Assembly: GCA_004321915.1 (NCBI GenBank)
Contig: SCQE01000041.1
Location: 101,191 to 165,190, forward strand
Reading direction: 5' to 3'
DNA: 64,000 nucleotides
Source of the DNA: Nitrospirota bacterium
Lineage (GTDB): Bacteria > Nitrospirota > Thermodesulfovibrionia > Thermodesulfovibrionales > Dissulfurispiraceae
The translations under genes and the position numbers were made by a program. Under the pieces are notes generated by a model. That model worked only from the letters and a program-made list of their open reading frames with translations. It made no database searches and had not been told where the DNA came from. Positions 38,714 through 47,976 of the stretch are shown one piece after another (position 1 is the stretch's first letter; the number at the start of each line of letters is the position of its first letter).

Positions 38714-39943
38714 TTAAGCGAAAAGGTCCGAAAAGCTGAGCTTTTCGTCTTTTGCCTGTCGCTGTTGGTTTTGTTGCTGCTGCTTAGAGTCGTCTTTGTT
38801 GCCGCCTTGACTGCGGTCATCCGAATAGTAAAAACCTTCCTCACTGACATCCACGAAAAACTCGCCCACTTTCAGTCCCGAATTTTCGAGGGATGTCTTT
38901 ATGTGAGGCATGTTTGCGGTAAACAAATCTTTTATGGCCGAAGACTCGACTTTAAAGTCGGCCCTAAGCACGCCGTTGTCCATCGATAACTTTATCTGCA
39001 CGCTTCCGAGGTCAGGTGGATCGAGTCTTACCAAGAGATGTTTCCCGCCCCCCTCGATCGTTTTCATAATCGGCACATCTATATCCTTGATCTTCGTTAC
39101 ATTAACAGCGTCTTTGACGGTTACATTCTTATTGTCATTATAAGCTGTCCCGGCCGCAGCCAAGGCCGACATATTCGAATTGCCGTTTGCATCCGTTTTT
39201 AACGGCCCCTCATCTTTTAAGACAGTCAGGCCTGCCTCTTTAAGCAGACTTTCGGCGGACGTATCTTTAGACATGGCATCTATCAACGAGAACTCCTTGT
39301 CCCCAAGCACCGTAAATTTAACATCCACATTTACAGCCTGAAGCTCTTTGCTCGCATCGCCGAGCAGCAATTTAAAATCAGCTATATCCATCTTGCCTGA
39401 ATTGTCCATCACAGGCGTTGCAGTATCCGCCTTCATCACACCTTTAAACGCCTCTGCAAGCTCAATTGCTCCGTCACTTGCGGAATAAGCCTGCATTAAC
39501 GATTTAAGTTCCGTATTGGCGGGGGGCTGTTTGAACGCATTCACCATCGAAAGCATCGGAAACATAAGACCGGCCATGCCTTCCCCTTGCTGAACGGCCC
39601 CCTGTCCGGATTGAACAGGACCTTGCCGGACCACAAAACCGGACTGAATGCCGCTGCCTGACTGAAACTGGGCCATCAACTGCTCCAAAATACTTATAAC
39701 ATCTTCCCCGAATATATTTTTGTCCTTAGATATATTTTGCATCAAATCCATGACCTTGACTTGATTGCCGTTTGCATCAACAACCAGAGAATCCTTGTTT
39801 ACCTCATTGCCCGAAAGCAACACTTTCAGGTTCTTTGCAAAATCATTATCAGGACCCGCCGTACTCTGCAAATCCACGCCAAAAGATTTCATATCGGATT
39901 TTTTTACTGCAGCCTCAACATTTACCGCCGGTGTCAACATCAA
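38714..39943 (-). CDS. fliK: flagellar hook-length control protein
   Basis: C-terminal Flg_hook domain (LLVRLDPPDLGSVQIKLSMDNGVLRADFKVES), a Gln-rich tail, and the position upstream of flgD. Confidence 0.8.
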   Translation of the reverse strand: MMLTPAVNVEAAVKKSDMKSFGVDLQSTAGPDNDFAKNLKVLLSGNEVNKDSLVVDANGNQVKVMDLMQNISKDKNIFGEDVISILEQLMAQFQSGSGIQSGFVVRQGPVQSGQGAVQQGEGMAGLMFPMLSMVNAFKQPPANTELKSLMQAYSASDGAIELAEAFKGVMKADTATPVMDNSGKMDIADFKLLLGDASKELQAVNVDVKFTVLGDKEFSLIDAMSKDTSAESLLKEAGLTVLKDEGPLKTDANGNSNMSALAAAGTAYNDNKNVTVKDAVNVTKIKDIDVPIMKTIEGGGKHLLVRLDPPDLGSVQIKLSMDNGVLRADFKVESSAIKDLFTANMPHIKTSLENSGLKVGEFFVDVSEEGFYYSDDRSQGGNKDDSKQQQQNQQRQAKDEKLSFSDLFA

Positions 39944-39980
39944 GTCACCTCCGAATTTTCATTAAATCAATAATGATAAT

Positions 39981-39996
39981 TGCAATAGACGTGCCA
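39981..39996 (-). promoter_or_regulatory. sigma-54 promoter for fliK-flgD-flgE
   Basis: The minus strand reads TGGCACGTCTATTGCA, a perfect match to TGGCACG-N4-TTGCA. It ends 37 nt before the fliK ATG and GGAGGTGA ribosome-binding site. Confidence 0.75.
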
Positions 39997-40074
39997 GATC
40001 GACAATCGATTGTTTTTTATAGATAACTTGTGTTTTTAATGCGAAAAAGAGAAAGAAAAGGATGAAACTTTTTC

Positions 40075-40581
40075 CTACCGGGAAGATTTTTCCTGCGAGG
40101 CCCTGCTCTTTGCTATCATCTTTTTTGATAAGGATGCGGCCATATCGACTTCTATCTGCGCAAGGATCTTTCCGGCGATCTTAGGTTTAAGCGAACTCAG
40201 TATCAGTACTGAATTATTCTCATCAAGTTTCTCTATCCTACGCGCCGCATCTTCTGCAGGCATCGATTCGAAAATTTTTACTATTTTGTCTAGGGATTCC
40301 TGTCTCTTTTGATCAAGCTCTCTCTTGGCATCCTCGACCTCTTTCTTCAGCTTGGTCAATTGCTCCATCTCTTTCTTGATGTCAGCCTTCAAAACCGATA
40401 AACGCTCTTCTTCTATCGATTTCATAGATTGAAGCTTGGCCTGCCCGGTCAAATTGTCGTTTGGGGACTTGCCTGCATCAAGCCCCTCTTTTGTATCTAT
40501 AGAGTATGAATCGGGATATGAAAAAAACAAGACCCCCAATACGAGGGTCATTGTAAAAATAAATAATTTTTTCCCCGGCAT
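40075..40581 (-). CDS. MgtE-N-like (MotE/FlbB-type) flagellar accessory protein
   Basis: One TM segment, a coiled coil, then FESMPAEDAARRIEKLDENNSVLILSSLKPKIAGKILAQ. The ATG at 40581 is chosen because it lies just after the fliJ stop, whereas the longest ORF overlaps fliJ. Confidence 0.6.
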   Translation of the reverse strand: MPGKKLFIFTMTLVLGVLFFSYPDSYSIDTKEGLDAGKSPNDNLTGQAKLQSMKSIEEERLSVLKADIKKEMEQLTKLKKEVEDAKRELDQKRQESLDKIVKIFESMPAEDAARRIEKLDENNSVLILSSLKPKIAGKILAQIEVDMAASLSKKMIAKSRASQEKSSR

Positions 40582-40582
40582 C

Positions 40583-41032
40583 TTAACCTGTCTCACCGCC
40601 CTGCTTTCGACCATGCCTTGCAGAAGCATGCTCATCGGTTATTTTTTGTTCCTTACGTTCCATATCTTTTTTAATAATATCTTTCTGTCTTTCATCCAGC
40701 TTCTCAAAGGTCTTTCTTTCCTTTGTGGCTTCTGTCAACAACAGACGGGCCCTCTCAACTTCGAGCCCCTTGATCTTTATCACTTCCTCCTGACTGTGGA
40801 TCCTGTACAACAACCCCTCTATAAAGACAAGAAGCTCCTGCAGCTTATCTATTGTTTTCGGCTCATCTGAACAATTCTTGACTTTTTGGGCGGACAAAGC
40901 ATAGTCCTGCTCGAGTCGGGCCAAGATGCCTTCCTCGACAGCAAGCTCTTTCAAACGCATGGCAAACCTGTTCTTCGCCTCATCTTCCTCCCATTTTTTA
41001 AGATTCAACAGACTTTCGATCGGCGTTGCCAT
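40583..41032 (-). CDS. fliJ: flagellar export protein FliJ
   Basis: 149-aa coiled-coil protein directly after fliI. Confidence 0.7.
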   Translation of the reverse strand: MATPIESLLNLKKWEEDEAKNRFAMRLKELAVEEGILARLEQDYALSAQKVKNCSDEPKTIDKLQELLVFIEGLLYRIHSQEEVIKIKGLEVERARLLLTEATKERKTFEKLDERQKDIIKKDMERKEQKITDEHASARHGRKQGGETG

Positions 41033-41042
41033 AGATCAACCC

Positions 41043-42380
41043 TTATTGTTCGAAAAGACCGGTAAGTCTTGCGATACCATCCTCAAAAGTAACCCTCTCG
41101 GAAATATCCTGTTTTAAGAAATTTCTTATCTTTTCCATCATCCTGATAGAATAATCGAGTTTCGGGTTCGTGCCTTCCTTATAAGCTCCGATGGTTATGA
41201 CGTCTTCGTATCTTTTGTACGTAGCCATGATTTCAAGGGCCTTCTCCACAGCAGCCCTGTGCTTCTGTCCGGTAATGTCCTTCATAAGCCTGCTCACACT
41301 CTGAAGCACGTCTATGGCCGGATAATGGTTATGGTTCGCAAGTTCCCGTGAAAGAACAACATGCCCGTCGAGGATCGAACGTGCGGCGTCCGCTATAGGC
41401 TCATTCATGTCATCGCCCTCGACCAGCACCGTATAGAGACCGGTTATTGTGCCTTCGCTGCTCCATGTGCCGGCGCGTTCGAGAAATTTAGGCAGCAGAT
41501 TAAAGACCGACGGGGGATATCCTTTGGTCGTAGGCGGCTCTCCGGCTGCAAGTCCTATCTCTCTCTGCGCCATGGCAAACCTCGTGAGAGAATCCATCAT
41601 CAAAAGCACGTCCTTCCCCTGCGACCTGAAATATTCCGCGATTGCGGTTGCGACATATGCGCCCCTTATCCTCATCAACGGCGAAGTGTCCGAGGTCGCC
41701 ACCACAAGCACCGAACGTTTACAGCCCTCTTCGCCCAAGTCCTTCTCTATGAATTCCCTGACTTCCCTTCCGCGCTCTCCTATAAGCGCTATGACATTCA
41801 CGTCAGCGGTCGTATTCCTCGCCATCATGCCCAGCAGTACGCTCTTGCCCACACCGCTGCCGGCCATTATGCCTATCCTCTGCCCCTTGCCTATAGTAAG
41901 CATACAGTTAATCGACTTTATACCGAGGTCCAGAGACTCGACTATCCTCCTCCTGTACAAAGGGTTTATAGGCTCTTTATAAATCGGGTACAGATGTCCG
42001 GATATACTGCCTTTGCCGTCGATAGGATTGCCGAGACCGTCCAGCACCCTTCCTAAAAGCGCGTCGCCTACTTTGATATATTTCTGCTTGCCTCTCGCTA
42101 TTATCTTTGAACCCGGCCCTATACCGACCATGTTCCCCAAAGGCATAAGCAGCACCTTGTCCTCTTTAAAACCTATTACTTCCGCTTCTATAAAAGAACC
42201 GTGTTCTTCGGCTTTGCCCTCGTTGGACTGGATCTGGCATATGTCCCCGATATTCGTCTTGGGCCCCTGTCCTTCAAGTATCAGCCCCACACCGCGCGTA
42301 ACCCTGCCGTAAATTTTGACAAGGTCCGCGTCTTTCAGGAATTCTTTACACTTGGCTATTTGTGGCGGTGTCGATGACAT
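41043..42380 (-). CDS. fliI: flagellum-specific ATPase
   Basis: Walker A motif GSGVGKS and F1/T3SS-ATPase-like sequence throughout. Confidence 0.95.
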   Translation of the reverse strand: MSSTPPQIAKCKEFLKDADLVKIYGRVTRGVGLILEGQGPKTNIGDICQIQSNEGKAEEHGSFIEAEVIGFKEDKVLLMPLGNMVGIGPGSKIIARGKQKYIKVGDALLGRVLDGLGNPIDGKGSISGHLYPIYKEPINPLYRRRIVESLDLGIKSINCMLTIGKGQRIGIMAGSGVGKSVLLGMMARNTTADVNVIALIGERGREVREFIEKDLGEEGCKRSVLVVATSDTSPLMRIRGAYVATAIAEYFRSQGKDVLLMMDSLTRFAMAQREIGLAAGEPPTTKGYPPSVFNLLPKFLERAGTWSSEGTITGLYTVLVEGDDMNEPIADAARSILDGHVVLSRELANHNHYPAIDVLQSVSRLMKDITGQKHRAAVEKALEIMATYKRYEDVITIGAYKEGTNPKLDYSIRMMEKIRNFLKQDISERVTFEDGIARLTGLFEQ

Positions 42381-42987
42381 TGTCGAGTTCCTTAAACTTC
42401 TCCTCTATTCTCGCGTCTATCTCTCCGGTCTGCGTTTCTATGTAACAACCGCCCCTCGAAATTGAGTGTGAAGGTTCGATGACAATATCTTTGAGACCGG
42501 AAAGTTCTTTAAAGAACTCGCTGTTTTCCACCATCAACTCATAATCGAGAGGATTGATCCTTATTGCGATGCGCTCATCGCGCTCGGACACTTTTTTTAT
42601 CGCCTCGGCAGCAACCTTCATTACTATAGTCCTGTCGAGAGACACTTCCTTGAGGATCACTTTCCGGGCTATAGTAGAAGAAAGTGAAATAATCTCGGGC
42701 ATAAGCTTATCTACAAGCTTAGCGCTGAAATCTTCGAGAGAAGCTATAAGGCTCTCCAAACCCCTAAGCTTCTCATCTATCTCGGCTTTGGCCTCTCCCA
42801 AAGTTTTTTCGTAGGCCGCTTTATACCCTTTGTCGTATCCTTCCTTTTCTTTAAGCCTTACTCTTTCGACAATATCCTTCTCGGTCTTTAATTCTTTCGC
42901 CCTTATCTCGGATGAGGATTCGAACTGCACGGGCGCGTAAAGCTTAACGACGGACGCGTCATCATTAGGCGATGACTTCTTCTCCAC
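42346..42987 (-). CDS. fliH: flagellar export ATPase regulator
   Basis: 213 aa with a charged coiled-coil N-terminus and a FliH C-terminal domain (RINPLDYELM...GGCYIETQTGEIDARIE). Confidence 0.8.
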   Translation of the reverse strand: MEKKSSPNDDASVVKLYAPVQFESSSEIRAKELKTEKDIVERVRLKEKEGYDKGYKAAYEKTLGEAKAEIDEKLRGLESLIASLEDFSAKLVDKLMPEIISLSSTIARKVILKEVSLDRTIVMKVAAEAIKKVSERDERIAIRINPLDYELMVENSEFFKELSGLKDIVIEPSHSISRGGCYIETQTGEIDARIEEKFKELDNVIDTATNSQV

Positions 42988-43945
42988 CCTTGCCTCCGAT
43001 CACGATCTTGCCTTCTTCCTCGAGTCTCCTCGCAACCCTGACGATATTCATCTGGGCCTTCTCGACATCGGAAACCTTGACCGCCCCCTTTGCCTCCATC
43101 TCTTCCTTGAGTATCTGTGCCGCCCTCTGGGACATGTTCTTGAATATCTTGGTTTTGAGCTCTTCGGAGGCCATTTTAAGGGCGAGCGCAAGATCGTCGG
43201 TGGTTATCTCTTTCATGACCATCTGAATGCCCCTGTCATCTATGTGAACGAGATCGTCGAACGTAAACATAAGTTTCCGTATTTCGTCCGCAAGAATCTG
43301 GTCCTTCTCCTCGATATTTTTAATAATGAGGTCTTCCGACGCCCTGTCAAGCTGGTTGAGTATTTCGGCCACAGTTTTGATACCGCCGATTTTTCTGCCT
43401 CGAGTATATGTATGGAGCTGCTTCTGAAGCACATCTTCGAGTTCCTCGAGAATGGAAGGGGATATCTGGTCGAGACTCGCAATCCTAAGCGAAACGTCTA
43501 TTTTTATATGTTCAGGAAGTTTAGCAAGAACTTCCGCAGCCTGAGTAGGTTCGAGATGCGCCAGCACTATCGCTATCGTCTGTGGATGCTCACGCGCAAG
43601 CATGCTGGCTATGGCCCCTGAATCGAGCCACCTCAAAACATCGAAGGCGCTCGCCCCGCTTTCTATCTTGTCCATCAGCTTTTTGGCCTGATCGTCTCCA
43701 AAAGCCTTGGTCAGTATTTTCTTGATGTATTCATCATCGACAGCCAGCATGGCGCTGCCTGTTTTGTCATAAAATTCCCGGATAACAAAAATGGCTTCTT
43801 CAGGGGATATCTTTACCCTCGACATCATAGGGACTATTCTGGAAAGCTCCATGGGGTCCAAATGTTTAAAGACTTGGGTGGCCGATTCTTCTCCGACCAT
43901 AGAAAGAAAAGCCGCAACCTTCTCTACTCCCGAAAGCTTCTTCAT
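42965..43945 (-). CDS. fliG: flagellar motor switch protein
   Basis: LSGVEKVAAFLSMVGEESA, plus the torque-helix region and MFTFDDL motif. Confidence 0.95.
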   Translation of the reverse strand: MKKLSGVEKVAAFLSMVGEESATQVFKHLDPMELSRIVPMMSRVKISPEEAIFVIREFYDKTGSAMLAVDDEYIKKILTKAFGDDQAKKLMDKIESGASAFDVLRWLDSGAIASMLAREHPQTIAIVLAHLEPTQAAEVLAKLPEHIKIDVSLRIASLDQISPSILEELEDVLQKQLHTYTRGRKIGGIKTVAEILNQLDRASEDLIIKNIEEKDQILADEIRKLMFTFDDLVHIDDRGIQMVMKEITTDDLALALKMASEELKTKIFKNMSQRAAQILKEEMEAKGAVKVSDVEKAQMNIVRVARRLEEEGKIVIGGKGGEEVIA

Positions 43946-43949
43946 CTAT

Positions 43950-45482
43950 CTATTCCGACATCCACTCTTTAAGAACGCCTGCAGCCTTTCGCGGGTCCTG
44001 TTTAACGATACTTAACACCTGATCTTTCACAACCTCGTCCGGAGAGACTTCTTCTTGGATCTTACCCCCGCCCACCCCCATCGAAATGGATTCCGGCGCA
44101 AACTCGGGCCTGCGCACCGGCACCTTCAGGATGTCTATAATCGGCTTGAGCACAAAAAGAACAAGTATTAAAACTACGATGATCGGGACGAGATATTTCA
44201 AAACAGACGACACTATCTTCATGTAATCCGTTTTTTCGGGCACTATATCTTCGACGGATTCTTCGAAAGATACATTAGAAACTATGACTTGGTCCCCACG
44301 GTCTTTGTTAAAACCGATAGCGGCCCTTACCAGTTCATCGTACTTTTTAAGGTCGGCCTCGTTTCTGGGCACATAAACCTTTTTATCTTTTTCTTTCTTG
44401 TATGTGCCGTCGACAAGAACGGCAACTGATACGCTCTTGACCTCGCCTCTCGGCTGAAGTATTTTACTGACGCTCCTGCTGACCTCGTAATTGATGCTCT
44501 CCGTCTGTTTTTGTGCAGATGCGCCTCCGCCGCCCGCTCCGCTCTGCCCTGAGCCGGGCTGGTTGGACATAACTCCGGGAACGCCGCCGCCGGATGAAGG
44601 ACCGCTGCTCTTGTCCTGAACGCGCTGTTCGCTTCTCACCGCTATAGTATCGGGATCGTATCTCTCTTCTGTTTTTTCTATCTGCGTAAAGTCTATCTTT
44701 GTAGCGACCCTTACTATCGCCTTTCCGCGGCCAATAACGCCTTCCATCATGCTCTGCAGCCTGCTCTCGTATTCTTTCTCTACCGACTTCTGGTATTCCA
44801 ACTGTTTGGAATCTGCAGCCGAATCGCCCGAAGCACCTGAACTCTTAGAAAGCAGTGTGCCCATATTGTCGATGACCGTGACGTCGTGAGGCCTCATACC
44901 CTCAACGCTGCTGGCTATAAGGTGTACTATGCCGCCGATCTGGGCGTTGTTCAGCACCCTTCCGCCCTTGAGTTTAAGCACCACAGAAGCGGTCGGATGC
45001 TGTTCCCTGTCTGTAAAAATGGTTTTTTCGGGAATTGCTATATGGACCCTGCACTGGTCAACCTCTGCAAGCTGTTTTATGGTCCTTGAAAGCTCTCCCT
45101 GCAATGCGCGGCGGTAGTTGAGCTTCTGTACGAATTCGGTGACCCCCAACTGCGTCTTATCGAATATCTCGAATCCGACCCCTCCGCCCTGAGGAACCCC
45201 CTGCGATGCAAGTTCAAGTCTGAGGTCGTAGACACGGTTGCTCGGCACATAGATGACATTTCCTTCGACATTGTACGGGACCTTCATTTCTTTCAGCCTG
45301 ACAACAACCTGTCCGGCATCTTCGGTCCCCAGATTGCTGTATAAAACCTGAAAATCGATCCTCTCGCTCCACATAACAATCCCGGCTATCAGGGCAATAC
45401 TGAGCACAACAGAGAAAATAAGAGCGACCTTCCTTTTTAAAGGCCAGTCTTTTATCTGATCGATAACGTCGGTCAATCCCAT
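43950..45482 (-). CDS. fliF: flagellar MS-ring protein
   Basis: 510 aa with an N-terminal TM segment, an RBM/YscJ-like domain, a Gly/Ser-rich segment and a C-terminal TM segment. Confidence 0.95.
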   Translation of the reverse strand: MGLTDVIDQIKDWPLKRKVALIFSVVLSIALIAGIVMWSERIDFQVLYSNLGTEDAGQVVVRLKEMKVPYNVEGNVIYVPSNRVYDLRLELASQGVPQGGGVGFEIFDKTQLGVTEFVQKLNYRRALQGELSRTIKQLAEVDQCRVHIAIPEKTIFTDREQHPTASVVLKLKGGRVLNNAQIGGIVHLIASSVEGMRPHDVTVIDNMGTLLSKSSGASGDSAADSKQLEYQKSVEKEYESRLQSMMEGVIGRGKAIVRVATKIDFTQIEKTEERYDPDTIAVRSEQRVQDKSSGPSSGGGVPGVMSNQPGSGQSGAGGGGASAQKQTESINYEVSRSVSKILQPRGEVKSVSVAVLVDGTYKKEKDKKVYVPRNEADLKKYDELVRAAIGFNKDRGDQVIVSNVSFEESVEDIVPEKTDYMKIVSSVLKYLVPIIVVLILVLFVLKPIIDILKVPVRRPEFAPESISMGVGGGKIQEEVSPDEVVKDQVLSIVKQDPRKAAGVLKEWMSE

Positions 45483-45504
45483 AAGCAGCCCTTACCCGGT
45501 ATTA

Positions 45505-45798
45505 TCAAACCTGCATCCTCATCACTTCCTCGTAAGCGGTAAGGAGCTTATTTCTTACAGTCATAAGCGTTTGAAGAGACACATCGGCTTTTTCCATAGC
45601 TATAACGACCGTATGTATGTCTTTTACCTCACCCTTCGAAAAGCCCTCTATCGCCTTTTCCGCCTCGTTCTGTATCTCGGACACCTGCTTCAAAGCGTCC
45701 TTTATCGCGTCCTCAAAAGAGGCCTCAGGCTTCGGGGTAGTCTTTGAAATTCCGGAGACGGACTGAGAAACCTCGTTTATTTTTTTAATCTCGTTCAT
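45505..45798 (-). CDS. fliE: flagellar hook-basal body protein FliE
   Basis: 97 aa with the C-terminus VVIAMEKADVSLQTLMTVRNKLLTAYEEVMRMQV. Confidence 0.9.
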   Translation of the reverse strand: MNEIKKINEVSQSVSGISKTTPKPEASFEDAIKDALKQVSEIQNEAEKAIEGFSKGEVKDIHTVVIAMEKADVSLQTLMTVRNKLLTAYEEVMRMQV

Positions 45799-45833
45799 CC
45801 TGATACCTCCTGCTTATATCATACACTTTTAGC

Positions 45834-46241
45834 TTATGTCTTTAGAATATCCAAAGCCCTTAAATACATGTCCCTGAAAGAGTTGATCACCGTCAGATTA
45901 GCCTCATATGCCCGCGAAGCAGTCATAAGATTGACGGTTTCTTCAATACCGTTAACATTGGGGTAAGTCACATACCCGTCCTTGTCAGCATCGGGATGCC
46001 CCGGCTCGAACATCTTTTTAAAAGGCCTCTGGTCCTCGACAATCTTAGGTATATCCACGCCTGCCGCATTCTCACCGAACAGATACGTCTGGAAAAGCAC
46101 GTCCTTCCTCTTGTAAGGCCCGCCTTCCGGGGTCTGCGTCGAACTCATGTTCGCTATATTGGACGCAATAATATTCATTCTCACTTTTTGCGCCTCAAGG
46201 GCCGATGCGCTGACATTAAGCTGCATAAACATATTTTCCAT
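45834..46241 (-). CDS. flgC: flagellar proximal rod protein
   Basis: LNVSASALEAQKVRMNIIASNIANMSSTQTPEGGPYKRK. Confidence 0.9.
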   Translation of the reverse strand: MENMFMQLNVSASALEAQKVRMNIIASNIANMSSTQTPEGGPYKRKDVLFQTYLFGENAAGVDIPKIVEDQRPFKKMFEPGHPDADKDGYVTYPNVNGIEETVNLMTASRAYEANLTVINSFRDMYLRALDILKT

Positions 46242-46243
46242 TG

Positions 46244-46603
46244 TTACCTGCCTCCCTTGATCGCATCCTTCATCATTCTGACCTTCATGCTCAAAAGCTG
46301 CGCCGCAGTGCTGAATATCATCGAGTTTTCGCCTACCTTGGCCATCTCCATATCCAGACTCACAGTGTTACCGTCCCTGCTTAACAGGCTTGAGGGTGAT
46401 TCAAAAACCTCGAATTTATGTTTTACCCCTTTGCCCCCTGCAGCCGCTTCCGAGACTGCGCTGTCAAGTTCCTTCTGAAAAGATATGTCTTTGGCCTTAT
46501 AGTTAGGCGTATCTATATTAGCGACATTGGACGCGAGCAGTCTCTGCCTGTATGCTGAAACATCCATCATCTTTTCCAAAAGCATCATGCTTTTATCGGG
46601 CAT
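46244..46603 (-). CDS. flgB: flagellar proximal rod protein
   Basis: YRQRLLASNVANIDTPNYKAKD, as the first gene of the flgBC-fliE block. Confidence 0.9.
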   Translation of the reverse strand: MPDKSMMLLEKMMDVSAYRQRLLASNVANIDTPNYKAKDISFQKELDSAVSEAAAGGKGVKHKFEVFESPSSLLSRDGNTVSLDMEMAKVGENSMIFSTAAQLLSMKVRMMKDAIKGGR

Positions 46604-46639
46604 CCGTCCTCCATAATTCGAGATTATCCATAAATTTCA

Positions 46640-46655
46640 TGCAAATTTCATTCCA
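46640..46655 (-). promoter_or_regulatory. sigma-54 promoter for the flgB operon
   Basis: The minus strand reads TGGAATGAAATTTGCA with canonical GG/GC spacing, ending 36 nt before the flgB ATG. Confidence 0.65.
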
Positions 46656-46665
46656 TTTATTTTCT

Positions 46666-47976
46666 TCAACCGCCTATTTCCTCTTCGGTTATCCCGTATT
46701 CCTTCAACTTGTTCCTTATGGTACGCACCGTAACCCCGAGGGCCTCTGCCGCCCGCGTCCTGTTTCCATTTGTTTCTCTTAGGGTTTTTACTACAAGGTC
46801 CCTTTCCATGTCCTTTATGGTACCTTTGGGGGCATTTTCGACGACACTCGGCTTTCCGGTATTGGTGATGCCTGAAACCTCGTCATACAACAGCGGCATC
46901 AGAAGGTCCGATTTCGAAACAACCGCTAACCGGTAGGCAAAATTTTCCAGTTCCCTTACATTTCCTTCCCAGTTCCTGCTTACAAGATGCTTCTTAAGTT
47001 CATCGGACAATTCAAAAACCCTTCCCATTTTCTTGGAGAGCCTTCTGACAAAAAAATCCGCAAGAGGCGCTATGTCGTCGCGTCTCTCCCTGAGAGCGGG
47101 TATCTTGATCGGAAACACATTAAGTCTGTAGTATAGGTCTTCCCTGAATCTGCCTGCCTTGACCTCGGACATGAGGTCCCTGTTAGTGGTGGCTATAATC
47201 CTTACATCGACAGGGATGGGGGCTTTGCCCCCCACCCTGTCGATCTCACGCTCCTGAATTGCCCGTAAAAGCTTGGCCTGAAGAGGGTAAGCCATCTCGC
47301 TTATCTCGTCCAGAAGAAGCGTGCCTTTATTGGCAAGCTCGAACTTTCCGATACGTCTCTCCGTGGCCCCGGTAAAAGCGCCCTTCTCATAACCGAACAA
47401 CTCTGATTCGAGCAGATTTTCAGAAATTGCGGCGCAGTTTATCGCAACAAAAGCCTTGTCTGCGCGCAGACTGCTCTTGTGTATCTTGCGCGCGATGATC
47501 TCTTTGCCGGTGCCGCTCTCGCCTGTTATAAGAACAGTAATATCGGCCTTTGCCACATCACGGACAATCGCGAGAAGATTTTTCATACTCTGCGATTCGG
47601 CCACCATATCCGTTTCTTCGGAAGGCATTATCCGGGCTATGACCCTTTGGAGAGACTCAAAAGGAAAAGGCTTCATTATGTAATCCGTAGCGCCAAGTTT
47701 CATCGCGTCCACAGCATTCTCTACGGTCCCGTATCCGGTAATGACTATGACAGGGGTAAACAAACCTTTTTTCCTTATTTCCTGAAGAAACTCTATGCCG
47801 TCCATCTTAGGCATCTTCATATCGGTAATAATAAGCTCAAAGTCGGACAGATTAAGCTCGGACAAGGCCGTGACAGGGTTATGGCAAACCACCGGAGCAA
47901 ACCCGCACCTCTTAAGGCTCTCTTTCAAGGCCAACGCCATGTCTATTTCATCATCCAGAATCAGCACATTTTTCAT
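46666..47976 (-). CDS. sigma-54-dependent response regulator (FlrC/FleR/FlgR type)
   Basis: REC domain (LILDDEIDMAL...LIITDMKMPKMDG), sigma-54 AAA+ domain (GESGTGKE, GAFTGA) and a Fis-type HTH. Confidence 0.9.
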   Translation of the reverse strand: MKNVLILDDEIDMALALKESLKRCGFAPVVCHNPVTALSELNLSDFELIITDMKMPKMDGIEFLQEIRKKGLFTPVIVITGYGTVENAVDAMKLGATDYIMKPFPFESLQRVIARIMPSEETDMVAESQSMKNLLAIVRDVAKADITVLITGESGTGKEIIARKIHKSSLRADKAFVAINCAAISENLLESELFGYEKGAFTGATERRIGKFELANKGTLLLDEISEMAYPLQAKLLRAIQEREIDRVGGKAPIPVDVRIIATTNRDLMSEVKAGRFREDLYYRLNVFPIKIPALRERRDDIAPLADFFVRRLSKKMGRVFELSDELKKHLVSRNWEGNVRELENFAYRLAVVSKSDLLMPLLYDEVSGITNTGKPSVVENAPKGTIKDMERDLVVKTLRETNGNRTRAAEALGVTVRTIRNKLKEYGITEEEIGG

